Of a stretch of 64,000 nucleotides of DNA, positions 1-11,789 are shown in pieces. Below the pieces are notes generated by a model. The model did no database searches. It saw only the letters and a list, made by a program, of their open reading frames with translations, and had not been told where the DNA came from. Origin of the DNA: Nemertoderma westbladi (Eukaryota; Animalia; Xenacoelomorpha); the NCBI GenBank assembly GCA_032718475.1, contig JAUCBJ010008172.1, forward strand, positions 1 through 64,000, given 5' to 3'. Position 1 is the stretch's first letter, and every line of letters starts with the position of its first letter. The position numbers and the translations under genes are program-made.

Positions 1-465
1 CCTTAAGTAATAATAAAAATAAAACATGTTCGCTAATAGTAGCTAATATACACTGATTTGTATCTGAATTCTGACTAGTACCTAATTTTGTACATGTCAG
101 CTTTGAAAAGTATCGTAAAATTTATATTTTATATTTAAAAATCCTCCAAATACAGAACATTGGCGGGAACGTTTGAAACGTCGGTTCTTGATCAAACCTC
201 ACATGTTAACATTGTTTAAATTCATTCACTTTGATTAGATAAGTAAATCCCCCCCCCCCCCCCCCCCCCCCCTTCTGGCTCTGGCCCCTCCCCTTGTGAT
301 GTCCTGGCTACGCCACTGATTATAATAATTATAATAAGTGTACCTTGTACTTGCACTAATCCACCCGTATTTGTTTTATTGTACCTCAGTATGGGGAAAG
401 TCATCCCTGGACATATCTGATTCATCCACCAACTAATCCATTACCTTGTCTCGGTAACCCCGGTA

Positions 466-1330
466 CTACTACTAGGATCGGCATGCTGCATTGCAGCTGC
501 ATTTTTAAGAATGCTGTGCCGGCTTGTCAACAAAATTGCACCGCCACAACTCCACTATCACCCATGACATTTGCTAGATCATCCGCATCTTTAAGGCCAG
601 TGTCCTTTAAGATGCGTCTCAAGAAAGTCATGGGCTGTCCACCATGCTTATTCACTCCATGAGGCTGCCAAAGTACAAGATTATGCACTGGCTGGTCCTC
701 ACGGCGAAAGCAATGTCCTGCAAAGCGGGGGCGATTTTGTTCTAGTGTCAAGCTTGGGGGAACCAATGAGACACCTCCAATGTTATATAGTGTCTGGTTG
801 GAGATGTGTGCATTGTACTTGACACAATGAACCCGGCGTAGCATTCTTGTGAATGTGCCATCCAGAGATTTGGTGTCCTCAGCAGTTAGAGCCCAGCATG
901 GACTCCCGTAGAGGAGTACGGGAACTACTGCTGCTCTAAATAATCGGACCTTAAGTTTCCGATTAATTCTCGGTGACTTCCAAATCCTGGAAAGCCGATT
1001 CAAGGCTGCCCATGCCTTTCCCTTACGTATTCGAAGGTCCTCACCTGACTTCCGGATCCATGATCCCAGGTAACAGAAGTCATCCACATGCTCAAGCATA
1101 CCATCCTTTGAGCTTATGCTCATCCGATCAGAGACTTGCTGAGGACTTTCAAAGATAACTGTCAGAATTTTGGTCTTTCTGGAGTTAATAAAAAGACCAA
1201 CACTAGAAGCAGCATGTTCTAATGAGCTGAGGAGCCGTTGGACTCCCTCTAATGATTCTGATAGTACTCCTAAGTCATCAGCAAAGTCTAGATCAGTTAG
1301 GTACTTGGCAGGATTTCCTCGACTTCTGCA
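466..1330 (-). mobile_element. 5'-truncated RTE-clade non-LTR retrotransposon (RT C-terminal region) with (TAG)n tail
   Basis: ORF 527-1123 has LINE RT C-terminal motifs (VDDFCYLGS, KVRLFRAAVVPVLLYGS, RFAGH); upstream frame has DLDFADDL. (TAG)n tail near 463-475. 10-bp TSD AACCCCGGTA at 456-465 and 1331-1340. Confidence 0.9.
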
Positions 1331-2816
1331 AACCCCGGTAACGGGCGGCGGTAATCCCTCGGTAAAGGCGAAAAAAAGAAAGAAAATGTGTATACCTCCG
1401 ATTCTCCCCGCATTTCAAGTAAAAGTTTACATAAGAAGCAACAAAAAGTCCAATATATTATATAAATCGACGTGGCCCTTCATTTGCACCATTATCGCGA
1501 GGTAATACCAAATATCTTTATTAGTTGTATGTAACTCACTTTTTTTTTTATCAAAGTCGTTAACAAGTTTGACAAAAAAGAACACATTTTTGTAAACAAA
1601 AAAAAGTAATGTTGAATTAAATTTCAAAGTAATTTCCATGACATTGACTATCTAGTTTTTGCTAATTTTTTATAAACGATATAGAACACGTGTTCGTTAG
1701 CTATCAAAATTTTATGATAAATATTTTTGTTCTAGAACACATTTTTTTGTAGAAAAATTGGTCAAACTATGGGTACATTAGGTACTTAGGTGTAGCAATG
1801 CCCGTATTTCACTATGGAAGAAGCTTCGATGGACGATATTTATGCTGAAATAGACCCAGATAAAAGTGAGAAGACTTACAACAAATAAAAACAAGCTCTA
1901 CAAAAAAAGTCACCATTTTTGCCACCACTTAGATAGGCCTAGTTATTATATTTCAAATTTCGTTGATCTACTAAAGTATGTTACCAATGATTTCCCTCCC
2001 TCCTCAAACCGGTTTCATCTTTACACAGTCATTAGAGAACAATCTAATTACTTCGTCTCGCCAATAATATGGAATAGTTTACCCCTTACAGTGCGACAGT
2101 CAAGTAGTATAGATACAGCTAGTTCTAAAAACAGGTTAAAAACTACATTCTCAACCCTAATTAAACAAACGAATACTTTGTTTTATTGCCCAATCAACTA
2201 TTACTTTTCTTAGTACTTACCGGTACATCGTTGGCTCACACTCACCTACTCTCTCCACCATTAGTTTACGTCTCCCGCTAGCCGTAGCTGCTGCTCCTTA
2301 CTGTTGTGTATCGCGTGGCTTGCCCCAAATAATATGATCTCCTGGTCAGCCACCATTCACGCATACGCATAATGCTTAAGCTTAACTACTTAAAATATTT
2401 ACTCTACAAAAATTATTGTTACTTACATCCATTGTGTGTGAAAAATTGTTATCAAAACATACCGCAACAGCTGCGCATACGTGTACCTGTACACTCACCA
2501 TTCACCTACTCTCAGTCACACCATAAATAATTTCACTGTGGGGCCGAACAGGCAGCAACAGAGAGATATTTTTAAACTCGCGATATTTTTCATGTCTCAA
2601 AATTTTTCAATATAACCTTCTGACCTTTAACTGTTTAAGCAAGGCAGCAAGGATCTAAATCACCCACTACCGGTACATCATGAAATACCGTGTCACGATC
2701 GATTAGAGGATCACTGAGCGGCACCCACACCACAGCCCAGCAGCCACCACTGACAGACAGAGAACTGTGTCAGGCAGGACAGGATGAAATCCAGAAATCC
2801 TTCCTTCCTTACTTAC

Positions 2817-3155
2817 CTGGGGTTCTAACTTGGGCGGCTCATCTTTCGTTGGTTTAACATTTTTCTCCATCTCGGCAACTTTCGCTCGAACCTCGCTCAG
2901 CTCAGGAGGAATGTTCCACGTGGACTCCTTTGTGGTCGCGTTGTAGTAGTACTTCTTCCCGGTCTCCGAAGAGTGCTCTTTCCACGGGCATTGCGCCAAC
3001 AGCCTATCCGCGTCAGTCTTTAAGTCATCGGGTTTCTCCCAAGAGGATACCTTGGTCGTTGAGTTGTAGTAGTACGGACGCCCGTCAGGGGATATGTGCT
3101 TAGTCCATCCCGAGGCTGACTGTTTTGGCTGATTGCTGCCCGAGCTCGTCTCCAT
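2817..3155 (-). CDS. PRPF40A: Coding exon of a PRPF40/Prp40-like splicing factor (two WW domains); gene continues toward lower coordinates
   Basis: [30 protein letters not shown] and [28 protein letters not shown] match the PRPF40 WW1-WW2 pair. ATG at 3155; canonical donor CAG|GTAAGT at 2817/2816, phase 0. Confidence 0.85.
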
Positions 3156-4367
3156 ATTAAATAAATTCAAAATGTTTAATTTGCTGCAATTGTCATATTC
3201 AGATATTGTATCACCTCAGCCTACAGCAGTACAGCAGTACAGTAAATAGGCCCTACTGAAATAGGCACAGCCAACAGCGACAGCACCGTTTCGTGATCAG
3301 AGAGTTAGACAGCAGCAGTGAGCAGCGCACAGCGGTCACAGTCAGGTGTATGGTGGCTCATGGCAGCATGGTCTGATGGAGGCCAACTGAAAAAAATATA
3401 TGTGGCACCCATGGTCCACACTTATAATTATGCCTAAGTCATTCGTGGATCATGGAGGCCACCTATAAAAATATAGGCCTACTTAGCTTGAGCTTCTACG
3501 GTTAAAATAATAAACAAGTACCGGTAACATATTTAATATTGTAGTAATAAATTGTATTGGCACTCACGGGCCAGTGTTACCTACATATTACAAAAACATA
3601 GGTGGCCCATGCCCATGGAGGCCAACTCCATAGAAAAGCATTAGTCTTGGCCCATGAAGGCAATCATGGCCGGAATTTTAAAACCACACTAGCTGACTGC
3701 ACTATACTTTCATTTCTGTCTACCTGTACCGGTAGGGTTGACTATTCAAATTCCGGACAAAATTTCATTTTTTTTTTAATTTGGGACACTTTAAATTGCT
3801 TAATTCTTGATATTATGTTTGCATCTGTACAAGGTGCTATTGTAGTTCATTATAAGATCAAATTGTCACCACGCAGTTCAACTGTTTAGTTGTAACTGGG
3901 TGGTTTTCATTTTATAAATTGACTGTCCGGAATTTGACTACCTGGTAAAATACCGGACATGTATATAATTCCGGACATGCCTTTTATTAGATGTGAGAGT
4001 TTATGTGAGGGTTGATATTAGGCCTATTTTAATAATTAAATTAAACTTTATTTCCATTAGTTTAGGTATCTGGGTGCTGTATTACATACAGCCATATACA
4101 GTATTCTACTCCTGTACTCAGTTCTGAAGTTATGCAATGCTTTGTGTTTTGCATATCCAGCCCAGATAGGGGGTGGGGGACTTTCAATTCAACGCAATAA
4201 TAATGCATGCATCCCTCTCCATGAAATTCGACACAAATAACAGTTTGATTACTCCCATAAATAAAACTATAACCTGTTTTATTGTGTTCCATTTATTGTT
4301 TTCGTTAGAAATACGTGTCACTATATCCTGCTCATTTGACATTTCCCTAAATTGGGAATTTAACATT

Positions 4368-5027
4368 TGTTCGCGCTTTTAGACCCTTTAGCAGTTTAAC
4401 CTGCCGATTTAAATGTCCTTTTAATTATAAATCGACTTTTGCCCTTACCAATTACCTGGTGTACTGAAGTTACATCCGCCGAAGGCAGTCCGTGCGCGGC
4501 GTATGACCCACGGTGTGGGAGACTGGATTCGGGTTCCGGAGGAAGTATTGCGGTGTAGGCTACTTTGTATCATTCGATTGATCTTCTACTATATAATCTC
4601 CGACAACTATATTTACTTTCGGGGAAATATTAACCGTTAGTTCCTTTGGGGCGTGGCGCTTTAAGTATAAAACAGAGTTATGACTTACACTAATCACAAC
4701 TACAGTAGATGGCTATAGAATCTCGTAAATAGCGCATTCTTTAGGAGATGCTTTATTAACCTTCACACTACTAGGATTCTCAGAAAAACTATAACTGCGC
4801 ATGCACCAATTTCCACAGGTCTCTATTGGCATAAGTGGGAAGATTCCTCTGATTGGCTGAAATATGCCCAAACAAAGAAACCTCCACGTACACAAAGAAT
4901 CAGCTGACAGATTTCGTCATCTTGGTTCTAATTTCTGACCGACGCGTAGTTGAACAATTTTTGGCCTTTTTAGAGTATTCAGCGCATTGCGTAAAAATGA
5001 CTCATTATGTCCGCAAAAGCTTTTACA
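4368..5027 (-). mobile_element. Solo LTR (660 bp) related to the LTRs of the RT-less Bel/Pao family at 21925 and 53869
   Basis: Termini TGTTCGCGCTTTT...CAAAAGCTTTTACA are shared with those LTRs, as are internal blocks (GTTTAACCTGCC, ATATAATCTC, GCATTCTTTAGGAGATGCTTT). 5-bp TSD ACATT at 4363-4367 and 5028-5032. Confidence 0.9.
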
Positions 5028-5142
5028 ACATTGATGCGAAATATTCATTCACCAAGATGGGATTTGCATTACATAATGATAATAATTTGTACCGGTATAC
5101 AATAATAACAAAATTATAGGCCCACTAAATGTATATGATATG

Positions 5143-5460
5143 AGTAGTATGATAAACAGCTGAAATAAAACAGCGTCTGCCATAGTCTACCATGTTAAAG
5201 AATTTGCCGAACGGCTCTTGCCCCGCCTACTTACTATGATTACCATTGTGTATATGTAACATATGTCACCACTGTGTATATGTGACATATGTGGTATAAG
5301 GCCAGTCCGCAGACGGAAGTAATTTAATTAATTCGTGTCTACCGGTTGGCGTTTGACCTTGAACCGCAATAGGTAAAACCCAATATCGCTAAGCAACAAG
5401 TTGTGGGGCGAGCCGCGAATTGGGTGTAAGGTTATAGTATTTATAATATTATTTTTAATT
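5143..5460 (+). mobile_element. Polinton/Maverick-like left terminus (AGTAGT...)
   Basis: Begins AGTAGTATGATAAACAGC, and its reverse complement recurs ending at 52551. AGT(AGT) ends are characteristic of Polinton TIRs. Contains GC-box and CGGAAGT motifs. Confidence 0.65.
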
Positions 5461-5515
5461 TGATTATTATACTTAAATCCATCACCATTACTATTTTAAA
5501 ATTTCTCCCACCACC

Positions 5516-5965
5516 TCACCCACTTATTCCACTATCGTCATCTACCCAATCTTCTTCTTCATCCTCCACATCATCACCTTCACCACCACCACCCAACATC
5601 CCCAACATTCCCCGCAACATTTCGATTTCCCCCTCCATTGCATTCTCCCGCGCACATCTCTCCGCCTCCCGCGCTCTCCTATCCCCCTCCGCCTCCATCT
5701 CCAACGTCCAATCTTCCCCCCACGCGCTGTTCTTTCTCGCCTCTTCTTCCAAATAATGCTTCTTCTCTATCTCCTCCCACTCGTTTCTTGGATTTAATAA
5801 CCTCTCCAACCGCGCTTCTTCTTTCTCCCTCGCATACATAGCCACCAATATTTCTTCATTCTCCGTCGCTATTTCAGCCGCCACATCCTCATCTTCCTCC
5901 TCTTCCACCTCTTCCTCCACATCCATATCCACCTCATCCACCACAAGCTCATTTTCCCCCAACAT
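5516..5965 (-). CDS. Acidic low-complexity ORF of the Polinton-like arm
   Basis: 149-aa Glu/Asp-rich ORF. Homologous pieces occur in the opposite arm at ~49820-49926 (GMLG...EDW.DGDSGISG*) and 51980-52140. Confidence 0.5.
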   Translation of the reverse strand: MLGENELVVDEVDMDVEEEVEEEEDEDVAAEIATENEEILVAMYAREKEEARLERLLNPRNEWEEIEKKHYLEEEARKNSAWGEDWTLEMEAEGDRRAREAERCARENAMEGEIEMLRGMLGMLGGGGEGDDVEDEEEDWVDDDSGISG

Positions 5966-6204
5966 ATCCGCGTATAATAAATAAAATAAAGTAATAAATA
6001 AATAAATATGTGTATAATAATGTATAATACTATAAATAAATAAATTTATATAATATTTATTTCCATCGATAATTCATTATACCAACAAATAATTTACCAC
6101 CACAAAATAATAATAATAATAATTTAACCGTGCCCAGCTCGTTGCAGCGACACCGCCTACGAACATCGTCTATTTATATAATAAAGTTTCTACCGCTCGA
6201 AGAT

Positions 6205-6726
6205 TCACACTGAATGTTTAATCTTCTTTATTTGAGGTTGCCCATTAGTCTCGATTTCATTGAAAATGTCTTCACCATCATCCGTATCATTGACGATGTC
6301 CTCTTCAAAGTCGCTGATATCTTCATACTCATAGCTAGGTGTTTTATTCACGATGAGATCAATTTTTCGCTTAAGCGCTTGTTCTTTCATGGCTTTAGGT
6401 GTTTTCATCTTCATCTGAGCGCTCACACCCCCAACGAGGGTATCAATATCCTTATAATCATTCTTTTTTTCAGCGCCGTCTACCCGTTCATTTTCTGCAA
6501 TCGCGGGCAACCAGATTTTTTTCTCATCCATTTTCTTAGCAGTGACTTTTACTGCTTCGGACGTCTTCAGCTGACTAGCGTTGTTCGGCATTACCACTTT
6601 CATTAGTTCCTCATCCACTAATTCATCAATCGCAGCCTCAACAACTAACTTTTTAATCGGTAGAAACTCACACCCAGACGGAATATCGTGGTCTGCGTAC
6701 TTCTGTAATTGCTTAATTATCTTGAC
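6205..6726 (-). pseudogene. C-terminal third of ORF X copy A (tandem PC4-like ssDNA-binding protein, acidic tail), split by insertions
   Basis: KIIKQLQKYADHDIP... continues the frame broken at 20883 (FIPRNNTNV|KIIK) and is colinear with the uninterrupted copy at 48286-49401. Confidence 0.8.
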
Positions 6727-7275
6727 TGTTAGCTTATTCAATTCCGCTAACACAAACCCATAAAGTCAACCATTAAGCAATATTGGGGGCCACGAGATTG
6801 GGTAACCAACAACTCGTGTCACCCCAACAAAGTGGGAAGGAGAACCACACAATAAGGGTCAGGGGCCAAACCCCTAACAGAGGGAGAATAGCTGGAGTGA
6901 GCGGAAACACTCCAAAGGGCGCCAACAGGGACATTAGCCAATCAGAGGGGGGAAAGGCATCGGTTAGGTACAGTAACAAGGCCAACCCGTGCAATATAAC
7001 CAATTGGCAGTAATCATCTCATTCAGTTATCTCAGTGTTATTGGTGTTACAGTAGCAATAGTTTAGCTAGGGAAGTACCGGGATTTCAATTACCGTTTCC
7101 CGCCTTCCGTGTACAACAACGTATTATCAGTTATCTCATTACCAGTTATCTATATCTATATATACCCGAATATTATACACGACGAATAACGCAAACTCTT
7201 TCACCTTTCACACACGGCGGGGACGCGTGAATTGACAAACCGGATAAACCGGGATCCTTCCAGGATCCCGTCACA
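6727..7275 (+). repeat. 5' LTR (549 bp)
   Basis: TGTTAGC...GTCACA. About 7 substitutions versus the 3' LTR by eye. CCAAT box ~6938, TATA-like AATATAA ~6993, Inr-like TCAGTT ~7023. Confidence 0.97.
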
Positions 7276-7526
7276 GTAATTGAATCAGAGCTGCCGCCCT
7301 AGTTGAACTCAGTGACTACCAGCCACCAATCTGTAGAAGAGAGATGAGTCAGTCAGGAGAGACGACACCGACGCGGACCCCGGACGAAGAACTAACGATC
7401 CGTGAGGCCGCGACCAGACGGTATAGGCCCACGACGCCGGACCCATCGGTAACGGGTGATCCGGCAGTTCGGGACTAGGGGGGCCGTCTGGAGCCAGAGG
7501 TCGAGTCGAGAGGAGGGGGAGTCGAG

Positions 7527-10500
7527 TTGAGAGACCGAGAGGGTGAGTTGGAAGGAGAAGGAGACGAGTCGACACGGAACGAGGGTCGACGTACCGATGT
7601 CGCCGGCCAGCCACAGGCCGAGGGCGACGGACGGCCCACCGGAACGGCGACGGTGGGGCCGCCGGTACGACGTCGGACCCGGAGAGACGGAGGAGAGGTC
7701 AGCAACGAGGACGTCGGGGTTTCTGATCGACTTCGACGGGCCTACAACGCGACCCGGAAGCTACTAAAGGAGGCCAAGAAGGGGGCGGAGATAGATGAGA
7801 TGAAGTTAACGAGAGGACTAGGTGAGTCGAATAGACATTTTAGCTATCTAATGCGTTTCGGGCAGAGGGAACTGGCCAAGGAGAGAGCGAGAGGGGTTGC
7901 AGAGGAACTGTGTGATTTATGGCGGTGTAGGGGTATGCAACCTAGTGCAGTGTATGTAGGGCCATACTTAGTCGATGCCCAGGGTGTAAAATTTGAGGGT
8001 TGGAGGAGACCTGAGGAGGGCGAATCCGAGGTTGAGCCCAAGGATTCGATCTCGTCGGTCGGGGGAAGTTCTGGGAAGAGGGGGAAAGCTAGCAGGTCGG
8101 GAAGGCGGAGGGAATCCGTCGTAACCGATAAGTCTGCTACATCCTCCGTGAAAGAAAGACGGGTGAGAGAGATAAATGCCACGTACCATCTCGACCTGAT
8201 AGAACAAGGTCAGAGAGAGTTAAATAGACGGTTAGAGGAGGGGAGAATACAACTAGAGAGGGAAGCGGTACTGATTAGAGAAACCAGGGAGAGGGCCGAG
8301 AAGGCCGTGGAAAGCCTTAAAGAGTGTGAGGAAATAGAAGGAGGGAACAAGAGGAGCGTGTGGCGAGAGAGAAAAGTGAACGCAAAGAGCGTGAGGCAGA
8401 ACGCAAGGAACGTGAGGCGAGAGAGGAAAAGGAACGCAAGGAACGTGAGGCGAGAGAGGAAAAGGAACGCAAGGAACGTTAGGCGAGAGAGGAAAAGGAA
8501 CGCAAGGAACGTGAGGCGAGAGAGGAAAGTGTGCGTAGAGAGCGTGAGGCGAGACGAAGGGAGCGAGCTAAGAGAGAGGCGGAATTGGCCGACCAGAACG
8601 CACGAGAGGATCGGGAGAGAGTAGCAAGAGAGGAGCGTGTGCGAGAGAAATTGGAAAGAGAGCAAAAGGAGCTTATAGAGTACAAAGCTAGACGCACGCG
8701 CGAACTAGAATTGGCGCGGATAGGGGCGTCTGAGAGCGGGACTGGCTCGAATATTTTCGAGGAGCCAAGGGCCGTGGATACATTTATTTATGCCCCACTT
8801 ACAGGGACCGCACGACAGACACAAAACTGGTGTGACCGTACGGGCGGGGGGGGGGGGGGGGGGGGGTAATAATAATGCTACTGTAGACGACGTTAATATT
8901 AATGGTACCGTATCGGATAATCCTAACCAAACTTATATTGCAGGAAATACTTTGCCTGGTAGTAGTAATTTGAATTTAAATACAGATAGCCTAAATAATA
9001 ATTTTGATTTAAACGTGCAAAATAATCCGAATAATAATTTAAATTTAGAAAATAATAATAACTCAAATAATTTAAATAATAATCCAAGCCCAAATTTACA
9101 AAATAATTCAAATAACGTAGTCGCGCAAAATAATCCAAATGATTCTATTTCGAACGAACAAAATAATTCCGTTTCTAATATAGGTGCTATTAACGCGAAC
9201 GCGTCGAACGTGTATGAGCCGACAGACGGCGGCATGGTAGGCCACGTAGTTAGGAGACAGGAGGTGGCGGGGTTGAGTCGACCCGACGGTGGCCTGGTAG
9301 GCCACGTAGTTAGTAGGCAGGAGGTGGCGGGGTTGAGTCGACCCGACGGTGGCCTGGTAGGCCACGTAGTTAGTAGGCAGGAGGTGGTGGGGTTGAGCCA
9401 ACCCGGAGTAGGCCCGATAGGCCAAGTAGTAGTGGAGAGAGAGGCAGGGGTAAGCGAACCCAGCCGCTGTAGAAATATTGTGTCGACTGGAGGGGGTGTA
9501 GAAGAGAAGTTAGAGGTAGCGGTGTGATATGTGGCGAGGGGGGGGGGCTACAGGATCCCCACAACGAGGAGTTAGTGGCGAGAGGGGGGGGCAGAGAGTG
9601 TCCCACAGCCGTCAGCGGATAATGCGCGGGCCGAATCAGGTAAACCGCAACACCCGGCGACGGAGAGTAATAGGGGGATTGCGAGTATCCCCAGCGGCGT
9701 GCGATCGAGCAGAGAGAAGCAGGTTGACGTCGCGAGAGGGCGGACGAAGCGTCGAGCCCGATCAGAAGAGGGAAGAAGAACAGTGGAGTTTAACCGGGAG
9801 GTCGACGAGAGATCTCACGAGCGGGAATACTGCACTGAGAGGAGAAGAAGAGAAGACAGCAGAAGGAGTATCGCCACGAACGACAGGAGAGCGAGGACGA
9901 ATAGCGAGCCGTTGGTGGTGGAGATGGAAAGGGAGAGTCGGTGGGGTCGAACTTCGGGAGATTGCCGTCGTCCCGGAGAGACATGACCTAACGAGACGCG
10001 TTACGCGTCAAGAGAGGGGTACGCGATGTACCGGCACATAGACGAGAGTAGTAGAGAGGGTCGAAGAGAAACTTTCCGACGGGATATACCTACGGATTGA
10101 GAGTACGGTAACCGCGGGGAGGATTATTCGAGAAGAATAAACTTCGATCCCGAGCAATACATACAGACTGTAGGACATACTGTAGGCCTTACTGCACATA
10201 CCATAGGCCATGCTGACAGGAATAATGTAGGCGATAGGATAGCGCGGACGATGGAACTAAACCCGGACGTCGCGGAGTACATACCGGCAGGTAGGCCAGA
10301 AGCTGATAGGCCTATACTGGCACCAGTGCAGCAGTATGACTACAGCACGAAAGGATATAACATATACCCAGGGGAGGGGGGAATTATTGCGGATAGATGC
10401 ATGGGCCCCAATATATTAACATCAACCCCAATACCAAACATACCGGTGGGGGGGGGGGGGGGGGGGCAGGGTGACATTCCCCCATCGCAATATCAACAAT

Positions 10501-11760
10501 ATGCCCCGATAGGAGCAAGGACAACGATAACATTGGATGAAAATAGGTCGTGTGACACAGAAATATGGAGGGGGTTGCTACCCCCAATGATATACCCAAG
10601 CCAAAGAAAGGCAGAAAATAGAACGAGCGGACCGCACCCAACAGGAGAAACTATACAACATCCATCGAATCCATTGGAAGCGCAGGCGATGGGGATGGCC
10701 ACATTGATCGATGCATTAAAAACAAGGATCGAATTACCACCCGTGGAACCATTCAAATTCGATGGGAGTAGGCCGGAAGAATATCTCCAGTTTCGGCGTA
10801 TGTATAGCAATGAAATACTAACAAAGAACTTAACGCAGGCGGAGTGCCTAAAGTATTTGCAAGTATACATAGGAGGCCCAGCATACGACATTGTGAGGCA
10901 ATATCAGGGCATATAGGGCGGCTTCACGACGGCATGGCGGGCACTGGACAGGGAATACGGGCACCCGGCCAAGATCATCAGGCAGACCCTGAGAGGCATA
11001 ACATCGGGTGGCCTACAGGATAATCCCGTTAGCATTAAGACATTTGCGAACAAGGTCGACAAGGCGCTGATCGTGTTAAAGACGCTAGACGCGCCATACG
11101 AACTCAACGTGTCCAACAACATCACCACGATAGCGCAGGCACTACCGATGTGGTTGCGCAACAAGTGGAGGAAAATCGCTTTCTCCACTCGAGATAGGAA
11201 GGGTGCGGAACCGGGTTTAGAAGAAATGTCGAGCTTCTTAAACTACGAAGCTGAACTAATAACCGACCCAGTCTATAGCGAAGATAGCCTGGGGAAGGGA
11301 TCGAAGCCGGATTACCATAGACCGAAACCAGAGCACAATACAGGCTCAGGCAATCACTGCCATATGCAGCGACGCAGGGGACTGCAAGTCCACAGGTAGC
11401 CGAAAGTAAGACCACACCATGGAACGGACAGGGGAACAATAACAACACGAATAAATATAACCCCAGTACGTCCAGTAGGCCGAACCCAAACAATAAGAAT
11501 AGTAGGGACTTTGGTACAAACGCAGCTGCGATACGCGATGCACTGTATAAGGAGGGCTACAACCCAAAGAGCAAATGCCAGCTACATACAAATGCGCTTC
11601 ATCAAACCATGAACTGCAGGTACTGGCAAGCGCTACCTAGGGAAGATCAGATAGATTACGCGAGGAAGAATGAGATCTGCCCGCGATGTGTGATGAGTGG
11701 ACACAGAGCTAGGCAATGCAAGGAGACGCCGGTCAAGTTCGGTCAAAGGAAAGGCCAAAC
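7527..11760 (+). pseudogene. gag: Bel/Pao gag, unusually long and broken by frameshifts and stops
   Basis: ORF pieces 7527-8624, 8531-8869, 8790-9527, 9529-10041, 10251-10916, 11073-11399, 11609-. Bel gag core LPPVEPFKFDGSRPEEY; knuckle CPRCVMSGHRARQC; internal 33-bp and 60-bp tandem repeats and an Asn-rich tract. Confidence 0.85.
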
Positions 11761-11789
11761 GATGGCAACGAGCACAGTAGGGGCGAAAA

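Noticed and set aside
3330-3980. Short repeats (CATGGAGGCCA; CAAATTCCGGACA inverted pair) as regulatory elements of the PRPF40-like gene
   Set aside because: They look like small MITE remnants; ends and TSDs could not be defined.
6773-7013. 76-aa ORFs on both strands, repeated at 20380-20620
   Set aside because: They lie inside the LTRs; the repetition simply reflects LTR identity.
7276-7295. Degenerate tRNA-iMet PBS (TGAATCAGAGC resembles TGGTATCAGAGC)
   Set aside because: It lacks the TGG needed to pair with CCA, starts 5 nt from the LTR, resembles the plant rather than animal iMet sequence, and is better explained by pairing with the LTR.
8846-8866. Programmed frameshift at the G-run in gag
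   Set aside because: Long G/C homopolymers also occur at ~249, ~10448 and ~50545 and are prone to slippage or assembly error; no slippery heptamer plus pseudoknot is evident.
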